In this document: piece after piece, positions 16,128-24,468 of the stretch | Layout: the number at the start of each line of letters is the position of its first letter | How positions within the stretch are numbered: position 1 is the first letter of the stretch | Notes under the pieces: model-generated | The model's database searches: none | What the model was told of the DNA's origin: nothing | The model's input: only the letters and a program-made list of their open reading frames with translations | Assembly: GCA_039809905.1 (NCBI GenBank) | Contig: JBDHVY010000001.1 | Span: 360,001-392,000 of the forward strand | Length of the DNA: 32,000 nt | Direction of reading: 5' to 3' | Source of the DNA: Candidatus Babelota bacterium | GTDB lineage: Bacteria > Babelota > Babeliae > Babelales > Vermiphilaceae | Program-made: the position numbers and the translations under genes

Positions 16128-18701
16128 ATGAATATCCTCTTTGTTCCAGCCCTATGTTTTTTTTTATTAATGAATACCGTAACTCATTCAATGGATTATC
16201 CTGAAAAACCAAATAAATCAGATATTCCACAGATTTTGACAACAGACGCATCACAGAAAAACAAACGATCAAAACGCGCAACAAGTCGTAATGAATCACA
16301 AAGCTCACTACTTAAAATAAACACCGAAACGCCTTCTTTAGAAAAAAAACGCAAACCTCGCCTTCTTCTTTCTCTTTCATCAGGAGATGAAAAAAAATCA
16401 CATACAAAACCTCTAGAAAAACTTAAAGATTCATTCTCTGACTCTTCAGAACATACCACACCGCATGTGACGCCACAGACGACACCACATGCCACGCCAA
16501 AAACCTCTCCTCGGGGTAAATCACCAAAACATTCTCCTCGGAAAATATCACCAAGAACAACTGTACTTTCATCTTCAGAATCAAAATCTCCAAAAAAATC
16601 AGATGCCAATTTAATTAGTTTTGATTTTTTACACAATGCTATAAAATCAAAAGATTTTTACTCAATCAAAAACTTTCTTGAAAACCAAAATAATAACGTC
16701 AACAGGCAAGATAGTTCAGGGAAAAATACTTTATTACACTGTGCTTTATTGGAAGTACTCATTCATAATCATGATGAAGCTATGACAATGCTTTTTTTGA
16801 TGAATCCACGTGTTAATAGCTTAGTGAAAAATGAATATAATGATACCGCTTACCAACTCATTGAAAAGAATAAAGAAGCTGCAACCAATCATAAAAAATT
16901 ACATACAGAACTACGCACTAGAGCTTTATTGGATAACTTTGTTCATGCACTGTTAATAACAAATAAAAATATCACTCCAGGGGCTCGCCCAGATAACATA
17001 ATGCAAGAAGTAACAAATGCTTTACGTAATATTTCAAGCACAATATTTCCTTGCTATAGTTCTCCTCAATTTATTGTCAGAAGGATTGATGCAAGATTAA
17101 AATCTGATGCTTTAACAATTCAGAAAGACTGTGATGCTTATAGTAAAGACATAAATTATCAAGATGAGTGGGATAATACCCTGCTTCATTATGCTGCTTA
17201 TTTACATGATAAAACATTAATTGAACAATTAATTAAAAACCCAATCATATTTTTTGAACGCAATAAAGAAAACCTTTATCCGCAAGCCTTACTGTACTCA
17301 GCCATAGAATCTCAAGGAGAAATAACTACTGAATCTGCAACGCTACTAAAACAATTAAAAAAAAATATTAGAGATATACGTGCTCTATTATTTATGAGAG
17401 ATACTCTCAATAATTTAATCGCCCAAAGAGTCCCCATTCTACTTTCGCAACATTCTATAGTAACAAATAGCCCATTTTTTGAAAAAATAAAAAAACAAAT
17501 AATTGAAGCAATTATCCTCACTGAGCAGAAACAAAGAGGTGAAAATAGTTCTGATCATGATAGAAAGCTACCTAAAAAAAATGTAACTCTTCCCCTATAT
17601 GCTGATGATAAATTTTTTTTAGAAGCTTTTCATGCTCAGATGTTTTATTCTTTATACAAAAAGATATCTATTATTAAAAGTTTCCTTAACAATCCCGATA
17701 ATCATCCCAATATACAAAACAGTATTACCACAAATAGTTTATTACACCATGCAATACTAGATGTACTCAAGCATAATAACAATACAGATATAGCAATGCT
17801 TTTTTTGAAAGATCCACGCCTGAATAGTTTAATCAAAAATAAAAACAATGAAGCAGCTTATCAACTCATTAAAAGAGATCTTATAGAAAAACACCAAGAG
17901 TTATATAAGGAGCTCTGTGCTCGAGCATTCGCGGATCGAATTGCTCATGCATTACTCATGACAGATGCAACTATTTCTTCAAACATTCACCCAGATCTGA
18001 TTACACAAAAAGTAACCAATATTTTACGTAATATTCCAAACACAATGCTATCGGCTTACAGCTCCGTTAACTTTATTAGTGAAATAATTAAAGCCAGATT
18101 AAAGCATGATGGATTCATGATACAAGAAAACCGTAATGCTTGTCTTAAAGACATAAATTATCAAGATGAACTTGGTAATACTTTGTTGCATCATGCAGCA
18201 CAATTACACGATAAAATTTTAATTGAACAATTAATTAAAAATCCAAATATAGTTTTTAAACACAATAGAGAAAACTTGTATCCACAAGACTTGCTGTGCA
18301 CCATTACAAAACCTACAGAAAAGATTACTATTGAAGCAGAAACAGTATTAAATCAATGTAAAAAAAATATTGAAGATATGCACACACAGTTATCTGTGAG
18401 GGATTTAATAGCAAAAAAATTTACCGATTTGCTCTTGCTATATCCAGTAGCAAAGAGAAATTTAGCATTTGATCACAATTTTTTTCGAATGATAAGACAA
18501 GAAATATCCCTATCAATCGCTGAAACTAAGCATAATCAAAAAGATGAAAATCGCTCTACTATAAATCTTCCGACATATGTTGATGATGCATTTTTGCTAG
18601 AAGTTTTTTATGCACATGTAAAGCAGCACAGCCCTATTAGTATAAATGATCTTGGTTTCAATCCTCATCCCAGCTCTACCGAATCATCAGAGGTCAATTA
18701 A
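16128..18701 (+). CDS. Large exported ankyrin-repeat protein with an N-terminal NLS-like/SPXX tract and two tandem modules of about 330 aa
   Basis: SD AAAGGGA. Signal-like ALCFFLLMNTVTHSMD. Basic tracts KNKRSKR and EKKRKPR, then nine S/T-P motifs in aa 111-155. ANK motifs DEWDNTLLHYAAYLHDKTLIEQLIKNP and DELGNTLLHHAAQLHDKILIEQLIKNP. Confidence 0.8.
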   Translation: MNILFVPALCFFLLMNTVTHSMDYPEKPNKSDIPQILTTDASQKNKRSKRATSRNESQSSLLKINTETPSLEKKRKPRLLLSLSSGDEKKSHTKPLEKLKDSFSDSSEHTTPHVTPQTTPHATPKTSPRGKSPKHSPRKISPRTTVLSSSESKSPKKSDANLISFDFLHNAIKSKDFYSIKNFLENQNNNVNRQDSSGKNTLLHCALLEVLIHNHDEAMTMLFLMNPRVNSLVKNEYNDTAYQLIEKNKEAATNHKKLHTELRTRALLDNFVHALLITNKNITPGARPDNIMQEVTNALRNISSTIFPCYSSPQFIVRRIDARLKSDALTIQKDCDAYSKDINYQDEWDNTLLHYAAYLHDKTLIEQLIKNPIIFFERNKENLYPQALLYSAIESQGEITTESATLLKQLKKNIRDIRALLFMRDTLNNLIAQRVPILLSQHSIVTNSPFFEKIKKQIIEAIILTEQKQRGENSSDHDRKLPKKNVTLPLYADDKFFLEAFHAQMFYSLYKKISIIKSFLNNPDNHPNIQNSITTNSLLHHAILDVLKHNNNTDIAMLFLKDPRLNSLIKNKNNEAAYQLIKRDLIEKHQELYKELCARAFADRIAHALLMTDATISSNIHPDLITQKVTNILRNIPNTMLSAYSSVNFISEIIKARLKHDGFMIQENRNACLKDINYQDELGNTLLHHAAQLHDKILIEQLIKNPNIVFKHNRENLYPQDLLCTITKPTEKITIEAETVLNQCKKNIEDMHTQLSVRDLIAKKFTDLLLLYPVAKRNLAFDHNFFRMIRQEISLSIAETKHNQKDENRSTINLPTYVDDAFLLEVFYAHVKQHSPISINDLGFNPHPSSTESSEVN
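16626..18617 (+). repeat. Internal tandem duplication within the ankyrin gene (two units of about 1.0 kb)
   Basis: Unit 1 is about 16626-17639 and unit 2 about 17640-18617. The units are colinear, for example INYQDEWDNTLLHYAA / INYQDELGNTLLHHAA about 1000 nt apart, and LPLYADDKFFLEAFHAQ / LPTYVDDAFLLEVFYAH 978 nt apart. The duplication is diverged, so not recent. Confidence 0.85.
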
Positions 18702-18707
18702 TAATCG

Positions 18708-19544
18708 TTAACGAGGAACAACATAATCAAATATAGTTTTTTTTGGTAGCTCTAATCTAGTATCATAGCTCAATGCAGCTGCACCTGTTGCAGTAGAAAT
18801 AGCGAATAAAATGCCATGTATCAAACCTAATGGCATAGGACTAGGAACAAGATAAACCGCTGCCGTTGTTAAATAACCCCACAACGAAGCCAATCCGAGA
18901 GTTTTATACCGCGATTCGAATAAAGCTTTTTCTTGCGGTGTTAGTACTCTTTTGTTCTGAATATCAGACTTCAGATTTTGAAGCGCAGGATTATCTATGG
19001 TCTTTGGTGGCAATGTTTGCACTGACTTTTGGGAAGCAGGCGGCTGTGTTGATGATAATGGTGATTCAATTTTTACGTGAGGAGCTTGAGGCACAACAAC
19101 AAATTTGTACGCTAATAATGCCAATAGACCACTAATTCCAAGAACTTTTGCCGCATTCCAGAAATATTTATTGTCAGTTTCTTCAGTTGGTTCTATTATA
19201 GTCCATAAAAAATCAATACGCTCAGGTACACCTTTTATATTTTTATCTAAACTTTTTTTTAAGTTTTCTAGTACTTCTTTTTTTTCTTCTCCACTTAAAT
19301 TACTCCGATTTATTTTATCACAACTGGCAATGTAGTTTTCTTCTTGTTTTTTCATGTAATCGATTAATTGTTCAATTTCACTCGTAGCTGCTAATTTATC
19401 TTGCTCACTATAGCCATACAATTGAATAACCATATTATCAAGCATGCCTGCTATCCGTAATGGTATAGATTTTTTTTCACCTGCATTAACTGCACACACA
19501 CATAACATAATTAAAATAATATTATTTTTCACCACATCCCCCAT
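18708..19544 (-). CDS. Hypothetical membrane protein (signal peptide, helical ectodomain, Pro/Gln-rich linker, C-terminal TM segments)
   Basis: 278-aa ORF. NIILIMLCVCAVNAGEKK is signal-like. TM segments GISGLLALLAYKFVVV and, near the C-terminus, LGLASLWGYLTTAAVYLV and GLIHGILFAISTATGAAAL. No family recognised. An in-frame GTG a few codons downstream is an alternative start. Confidence 0.55.
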   Translation of the reverse strand: MGDVVKNNIILIMLCVCAVNAGEKKSIPLRIAGMLDNMVIQLYGYSEQDKLAATSEIEQLIDYMKKQEENYIASCDKINRSNLSGEEKKEVLENLKKSLDKNIKGVPERIDFLWTIIEPTEETDNKYFWNAAKVLGISGLLALLAYKFVVVPQAPHVKIESPLSSTQPPASQKSVQTLPPKTIDNPALQNLKSDIQNKRVLTPQEKALFESRYKTLGLASLWGYLTTAAVYLVPSPMPLGLIHGILFAISTATGAAALSYDTRLELPKKTIFDYVVPR

Positions 19545-19617
19545 GCTCTATGTATACATAGATTTTATTACCTTGTAGCATATATCATATTATTTCTAAT
19601 TAGCAATAATACGCTTA

Positions 19618-21399
19618 TTAATCCTCACGATGAATAGCATCTTCACCACTATCAAGCAGAAATCCACCAATTTGTGCTTCCCATAGCTTTTTATAGAGAC
19701 CATTTTTTTCAAGCAATTCTTCATGTGAACCATCTTCAATAATGCTTCCCTGATCAAAAACCAAAATTCGATCCATCTGTAAAAGTGTAGACAAACGATG
19801 AGCGATCACTAATGTTGTTTTACCTTGCATTAAATCCCATAGACTATTTTGAATTTGATTTTCAGTAACTGAATCAAGCTGACTTGTTGCTTCATCAAGA
19901 ATCAAAATTGGTGAATTTTTTAATATCGCCCGTGCAATTGCAATACGTTGTCTTTGGCCGCCCGAAAGACGTATACCTCGCTCGCCAACTTGCGTATCAT
20001 ATCCCTGTGATAATGCAATGATAAAGTCATGTGCATATGCACGCTTTGCTGCAGAAATAATATCCTGATGTGTTGCCTTCCTACGACCATAAGCAATATT
20101 TTCTATTAATGATCGATGAAATAATGAGGGATCTTGCGCTATCATTGTTATTGCATCATGAAGACTATCTTGTGTCACCGTCCTAATATCTTGACCATCG
20201 ATAGTAATTTTTCCCGCAGTAACATCAAAAACACGCAAAATCAAATTAACAAACGTTGACTTTCCACTACCAGAATATCCAACTAAACCAACTTTCTGAC
20301 CTGATTTAATAACTACAGATTCATGTTCAAATAATGACTCTGCATCATGATATTGAAATTGCACATTATCAAATACTATTTCACCTTTTGTTACTATCAA
20401 ATCTTTGGCATTTGGCGCATCTTTAATTTCTATAGAACTTTGTACAATGGCAAGCCCTTGTACAACATTTCCCATTTTTTCCCAAAAATCTCGCATATCT
20501 TTTGCGATATTCCAAAAATTTTCAACGATATGTAAATTTAAGGTTAATACTAAGACAAAATCTCCCGGGGTCATAACTTTATTTATAAGTCCATTCAACA
20601 GCCACCAAAAACAAACCCCTTGAAATATCCAAAATGAACAGGCTTGAAAAGCATGCAGTTTTAAAAAAAACCAATCTCTTCTTTGATCTTTTTCCACAGA
20701 ATTATTAAGACAACGAGTAAAATAATTTATTTCAAAACTTTTTCTCGCGAAAAAACGAACACTTGCCATATTAGTCAAAATATCAACCATACAACCAATT
20801 ACTTTCGCTCGGGCATCGGTAACATCATATGCCAACTTTTGATTACGAAACACCAACACAACAGAAATACTTAAAAATATAATAACCCACAAACCAAGAG
20901 CTATCGTAAATTTCATATGAATACATGAAATATTGTATAATACAAACAACAACATAAGCAAACACGCAAGTAATCGATCAATTACAATACGGACTATATC
21001 AGGAATACTGATAGCAATATCACTTATCCGCGTAGTTAAATCACCAGCAAATTGTCGCTGATAAAAACTATGAGAATGATCCAACATTCTATCCATCAGC
21101 TTAAGAGCTATATATTTTTTTATATTGGGACGAAACTTAATAATAATCCAATCATACCAACGAAAAATAGAAAGATAGACAAATTCAGAAAATAAGTAAA
21201 ATCCCATTAAATAAGCTAATGTACCGTGTATATCCATTGCGTCAGAATTCATAGCAGTATTTAAAATAAGCTTAACGATATATGCTTGCGTATTGAGTAT
21301 AAGCGCCCATATTAAAGCAATAATAACCATTCCGGCAAGATATGCTCTAAAAGGCTTTACTACCATTCTGATAAAGGCTAATGCCCCCTGAGATTGCAT
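19618..21399 (-). CDS. ABC exporter, fused permease/ATPase (MsbA/lipid or multidrug exporter type)
   Basis: Six-TM N-terminal half. Walker A GYSGSGKST, signature LSGGQRQRIAIARA, Walker B ILILDEATS and H-loop VIAHRLS. Start chosen at ATG 21399 (GAAGGA 6 nt upstream); an alternative upstream ATG lies at 21477. Confidence 0.9.
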   Translation of the reverse strand: MQSQGALAFIRMVVKPFRAYLAGMVIIALIWALILNTQAYIVKLILNTAMNSDAMDIHGTLAYLMGFYLFSEFVYLSIFRWYDWIIIKFRPNIKKYIALKLMDRMLDHSHSFYQRQFAGDLTTRISDIAISIPDIVRIVIDRLLACLLMLLFVLYNISCIHMKFTIALGLWVIIFLSISVVLVFRNQKLAYDVTDARAKVIGCMVDILTNMASVRFFARKSFEINYFTRCLNNSVEKDQRRDWFFLKLHAFQACSFWIFQGVCFWWLLNGLINKVMTPGDFVLVLTLNLHIVENFWNIAKDMRDFWEKMGNVVQGLAIVQSSIEIKDAPNAKDLIVTKGEIVFDNVQFQYHDAESLFEHESVVIKSGQKVGLVGYSGSGKSTFVNLILRVFDVTAGKITIDGQDIRTVTQDSLHDAITMIAQDPSLFHRSLIENIAYGRRKATHQDIISAAKRAYAHDFIIALSQGYDTQVGERGIRLSGGQRQRIAIARAILKNSPILILDEATSQLDSVTENQIQNSLWDLMQGKTTLVIAHRLSTLLQMDRILVFDQGSIIEDGSHEELLEKNGLYKKLWEAQIGGFLLDSGEDAIHRED

Positions 21400-21542
21400 A
21401 GGTTTTCCTTCTCGACTTTTTAAATAGATGGATCGGCCCTCTCTTTTAGCATCATGAAAAAGCAGAAAATTGTCCATCTATCGGGATATTTTCCAAAAAA
21501 AGCCCTTAGTTCTGCATAATATCATGCCTTCTGCCCCCCCTT

Positions 21543-21571
21543 TTGACTATTTATATTTCTTATTGTAATAT
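21543..21571 (+). promoter_or_regulatory. Candidate sigma70 promoter of the HAD-like gene
   Basis: TTGACT (21543-21548) - 17 nt - TAATAT (21566-21571), 45 nt upstream of the ATG and immediately after a C7 tract. Confidence 0.45.
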
Positions 21572-21616
21572 AACAATGAAAAGCCTCATTTTAGAACACT
21601 ATAAAAAAGGATTATT

Positions 21617-22537
21617 ATGAACAAAAAACATCTATTGCTGCTTTTTTTCAGTATATTTTGCTTCACTACAGTCCCAAAAGAACTTATCTTTACTCCGGCA
21701 AATACTATTATCGTCACCGATCTTGATGACGTACTTATAGAAAAATCATTCTTTTTACGCATCATGGCAAAGCTAAAACATGTAGCCGGAGATTATAAAA
21801 AAGATACTAAAAAGGCTAATAAAAAATTAAACATCAAAAAAGATAATTCAATCGGTGGCATTACCTTTAACTTACTCTATCATGGTATGCGAAAATCATA
21901 TCTAACTCCATATGCTGCATTTATGGCAGAAAAATTAGAAAAATCACACAATTACATTGATGGCACCGAAAAAATATACCGTTACTTAAAAGATGTAAAG
22001 GGTTATCCTATCGTAATTGCAACCAACAAAGATCGCGTATCATATGATATTACCGCACAAACATTAGGTAATAAGTTAACAGGACTTGCAAGCACAGTAT
22101 TTGTAGCTCATCCAGGTACCAATCCTGAGCTTATTGCAGAATTAAAAGCATTTGCAGACTTGCCAACAACTGCAGCCAGTTATAAAAACTTTCTCAATAA
22201 AGCGCTCACCATAGAACCTACTGAACGTATTTTGCATGCTCCAAGTTCAAAACCAGATCCGGCATATTATAACTATGTAGAACAAAATCTTGAAAAAGAC
22301 AAAAATATCATCTTTATTGATGATAAAAAACGTAATATTGATGGCTTTAAGAATGTGCAACAAACAACATCAGCCGAGCGCGTTGGTATCCTATTTAAAA
22401 AGCCAGAACAACTTGCACAAGAATTTGTTAATCTGGGAATTTTATCAGAAACAGAAGATGCACAATTACTAGAAGATATTCGTTATCCAGGATTATGGGG
22501 CAAAGCACAGTTGATAGGCAAAAAAATACGTGCTTAA
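21617..22537 (+). CDS. HAD-superfamily hydrolase-like protein with an N-terminal signal peptide
   Basis: HAD motif I IIVTDLDDVLIEK (DxDxV), motif II-like VIATNKD and motif IV-like IFIDDKKRNI. Signal-like HLLLLFFSIFCFTTVP. SD AAGGA. Confidence 0.6.
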   Translation: MNKKHLLLLFFSIFCFTTVPKELIFTPANTIIVTDLDDVLIEKSFFLRIMAKLKHVAGDYKKDTKKANKKLNIKKDNSIGGITFNLLYHGMRKSYLTPYAAFMAEKLEKSHNYIDGTEKIYRYLKDVKGYPIVIATNKDRVSYDITAQTLGNKLTGLASTVFVAHPGTNPELIAELKAFADLPTTAASYKNFLNKALTIEPTERILHAPSSKPDPAYYNYVEQNLEKDKNIIFIDDKKRNIDGFKNVQQTTSAERVGILFKKPEQLAQEFVNLGILSETEDAQLLEDIRYPGLWGKAQLIGKKIRA

Positions 22538-22558
22538 CAAGTATAAAAGACTTTAAAT

Positions 22559-22590
22559 AAAACAGGGATACTTTGCAGTATCCCTGTTTT
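22559..22590. terminator. Bidirectional intrinsic terminator
   Basis: AAAACAGGGATACT (22559-22572) / AGTATCCCTGTTTT (22577-22590) with loop TTGC, between convergent genes. Confidence 0.85.
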
Positions 22591-22611
22591 GTCAAATTAC
22601 GTTATTTTAAG

Positions 22612-24363
22612 TTATTTATAAAACCCTGAACCAATAAGATATTTTTTATCATCTTTTTCAACTAATTCAACATAATCAACACGCATTTTTTTATTAAATT
22701 TATAAACAAAATGAGCAGAACCTTGTTGTGATTGATCTATCATATTTTTGATGAAAAGTTTTCCTTCATCATCTTTCCAATCAAGAAGATTTTTCCAAAT
22801 CAATTCATGAGCATCACCCCATGCGTAGCAATAACCATCAGTATCAATAGCAAAAACAAATAGATCTCCCCGAATAAATTCAGCTTTTCGAGTTACAAAT
22901 TTTTCAAATGTTTCATCAGATGGATGTGTTTGTAAATAACTAACAGCACTTTTTGCCAGTAGTGTCATAGTTTCTGGCTTGGTAACAGGAAACATTCCTG
23001 CTCCAATTACATAGGAATCAACACCCATATCAATTTTTTCTACATAGGTGGATTGGAAAGAATTTTTAAGCTTAAAATCAACCCAACCACCGCCAACTTT
23101 TCCTTGTTCAATAATTTCGCGAACATAATATGCACCATCTTGATCTTTAAGATCAAACTGATTTTGACCAACAAATGCACTATTTCCTCCATGGGCAATA
23201 CAATTACCTTTCATATCATATACAAATAATGAAAGATCTCCGAACCGGTATGCATTATTAGCTTTATCAGTGAAATCTTTTGCAGCAACAGAAGTACCAC
23301 TCGCTTTCATATATTGGTAACCACGGCGAACCAAATCAATTGTTTTGTCTCGATCTGTTTCAGGATAATAACCACATGCTATAAAATAGTAATTCCCTTT
23401 TGCATCTTTAACTTTTTCAGCATAGGTATATTTTAAAGCATTTTTTGAAGTATACTCTGTCCATATGCCTTCACCTTCTTGCTTTGCCTTAAGTTTTTCA
23501 ATAATTTCTTTATTGATTTCCTTACCTTTTGCATCTTTACGATTTAATACAACGCTACCAACCAACTCAGAATCTTCACCTTGAGCACGAATCATTCCAT
23601 CAAAATCAAGTGCATATAAATAAAGATCACCAAATACAAATCGTTCACTCTTTGGATATCCAATTGCTCCAAAAGAATCCCCTACAGGATAACCAGATTT
23701 AACATCTTGATTAAATAGTCCTACAGCACCTTTTACCAACCCAATTGCTGCATACTTTTTTGAATGAGGATAATATCCGCATCCGAGAATATAATCTTTA
23801 CCTTCTATAGTAATTTTTTCTACACAAGAAACTTTTGCCGCACCAGCCCATTCATAAGTAACCCAACCAGCTTCCATTTGTGCCGTTTTAATCATTGATT
23901 GAATAGGTAATGAACCAAAACTATCACGATAATCCCATAGGTTACTCCACACTAAATCTTCTCGTTCGCCATGTGCATACACAACACCTTTTGTATTTAA
24001 TAAGAAAAGATATAATTCACCTTCTATAAAACTTTTTGTATGAGTAAATGCATGACATATTTTCGTTAACGTATTGCTTTTACAAAAGGTAACACCACGA
24101 TCAAGTAAGCTGCGAACGCTTTTTTGTTTTTGTTGTAAATCAAATTCATCAATGGCTATCTCTTCTTCTTCTTCATCTTGCGTTGCAACCATAACATTTT
24201 CTTGATCAGTTGATTTTACTTTGGATTGAGATTTTCTTCTTTTGTCGCTACTTTTTTGCTGAACATTACTTTTTTGTGCTGCATAGAGTTTGTTGTCATC
24301 AACAGAACAACCAATCAACATACTCATAACAAGAAAAAAAACATGCATTTTTCGTAAATTCAT
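22612..24363 (-). CDS. Lipoprotein composed of four tandem single-Cache (sCache_2-like) domains
   Basis: Lipobox MSMLIGC|S, then a charged low-complexity linker. There are four repeats, each of the form F--GDLY/F-F/Y--D--G---A-G------N----D--G-------I------G-W--Y-------YVEK------Y-IG-G-YP, for example FIRGDLFVFAIDTDGYCYAWGDAHELIWKNLLDWKDDEGKLFIKNMI. Confidence 0.75.
   Translation of the reverse strand: MNLRKMHVFFLVMSMLIGCSVDDNKLYAAQKSNVQQKSSDKRRKSQSKVKSTDQENVMVATQDEEEEEIAIDEFDLQQKQKSVRSLLDRGVTFCKSNTLTKICHAFTHTKSFIEGELYLFLLNTKGVVYAHGEREDLVWSNLWDYRDSFGSLPIQSMIKTAQMEAGWVTYEWAGAAKVSCVEKITIEGKDYILGCGYYPHSKKYAAIGLVKGAVGLFNQDVKSGYPVGDSFGAIGYPKSERFVFGDLYLYALDFDGMIRAQGEDSELVGSVVLNRKDAKGKEINKEIIEKLKAKQEGEGIWTEYTSKNALKYTYAEKVKDAKGNYYFIACGYYPETDRDKTIDLVRRGYQYMKASGTSVAAKDFTDKANNAYRFGDLSLFVYDMKGNCIAHGGNSAFVGQNQFDLKDQDGAYYVREIIEQGKVGGGWVDFKLKNSFQSTYVEKIDMGVDSYVIGAGMFPVTKPETMTLLAKSAVSYLQTHPSDETFEKFVTRKAEFIRGDLFVFAIDTDGYCYAWGDAHELIWKNLLDWKDDEGKLFIKNMIDQSQQGSAHFVYKFNKKMRVDYVELVEKDDKKYLIGSGFYK
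22615..24120 (-). repeat. Four-fold intragenic domain repeat (about 120-135 aa each)
   Basis: Repeat ends are marked by GCGYYP, ACGYYP, GAGMFP and GSGFYK. The copies are diverged, with protein-level similarity only. Confidence 0.75.
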
Positions 24364-24384
24364 GTTTACTACTCCCTTTTATAG

Positions 24385-24425
24385 CCCCAATCTCTATTTC
24401 AGACTGGGGACCCCTTACTAAGAGG
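24385..24425 (-). promoter_or_regulatory. GC-tract leader element, copy A (upstream of the Cache lipoprotein gene)
   Basis: Minus strand reads CCTCTTAGTAAGGGGTCCCCAGTCTGAAATAGAGATTGGGG, ending 21 nt before the ATG. 27 of 34 aligned positions are identical to copy B by manual alignment. Confidence 0.4.
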
Positions 24426-24468
24426 TTTTTTTAGATGATATTTTCGCTATTACTATTTTTTATCTTTT

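Noticed and set aside
16196-16636. 146-aa minus-strand ORF antisense to the SP-rich N-terminal region of the large ankyrin gene
   Set aside because: It has no SD and no recognisable features, and it is fully antisense to a gene with strong coding evidence. The open frame comes from biased composition of the S/T-P tract.
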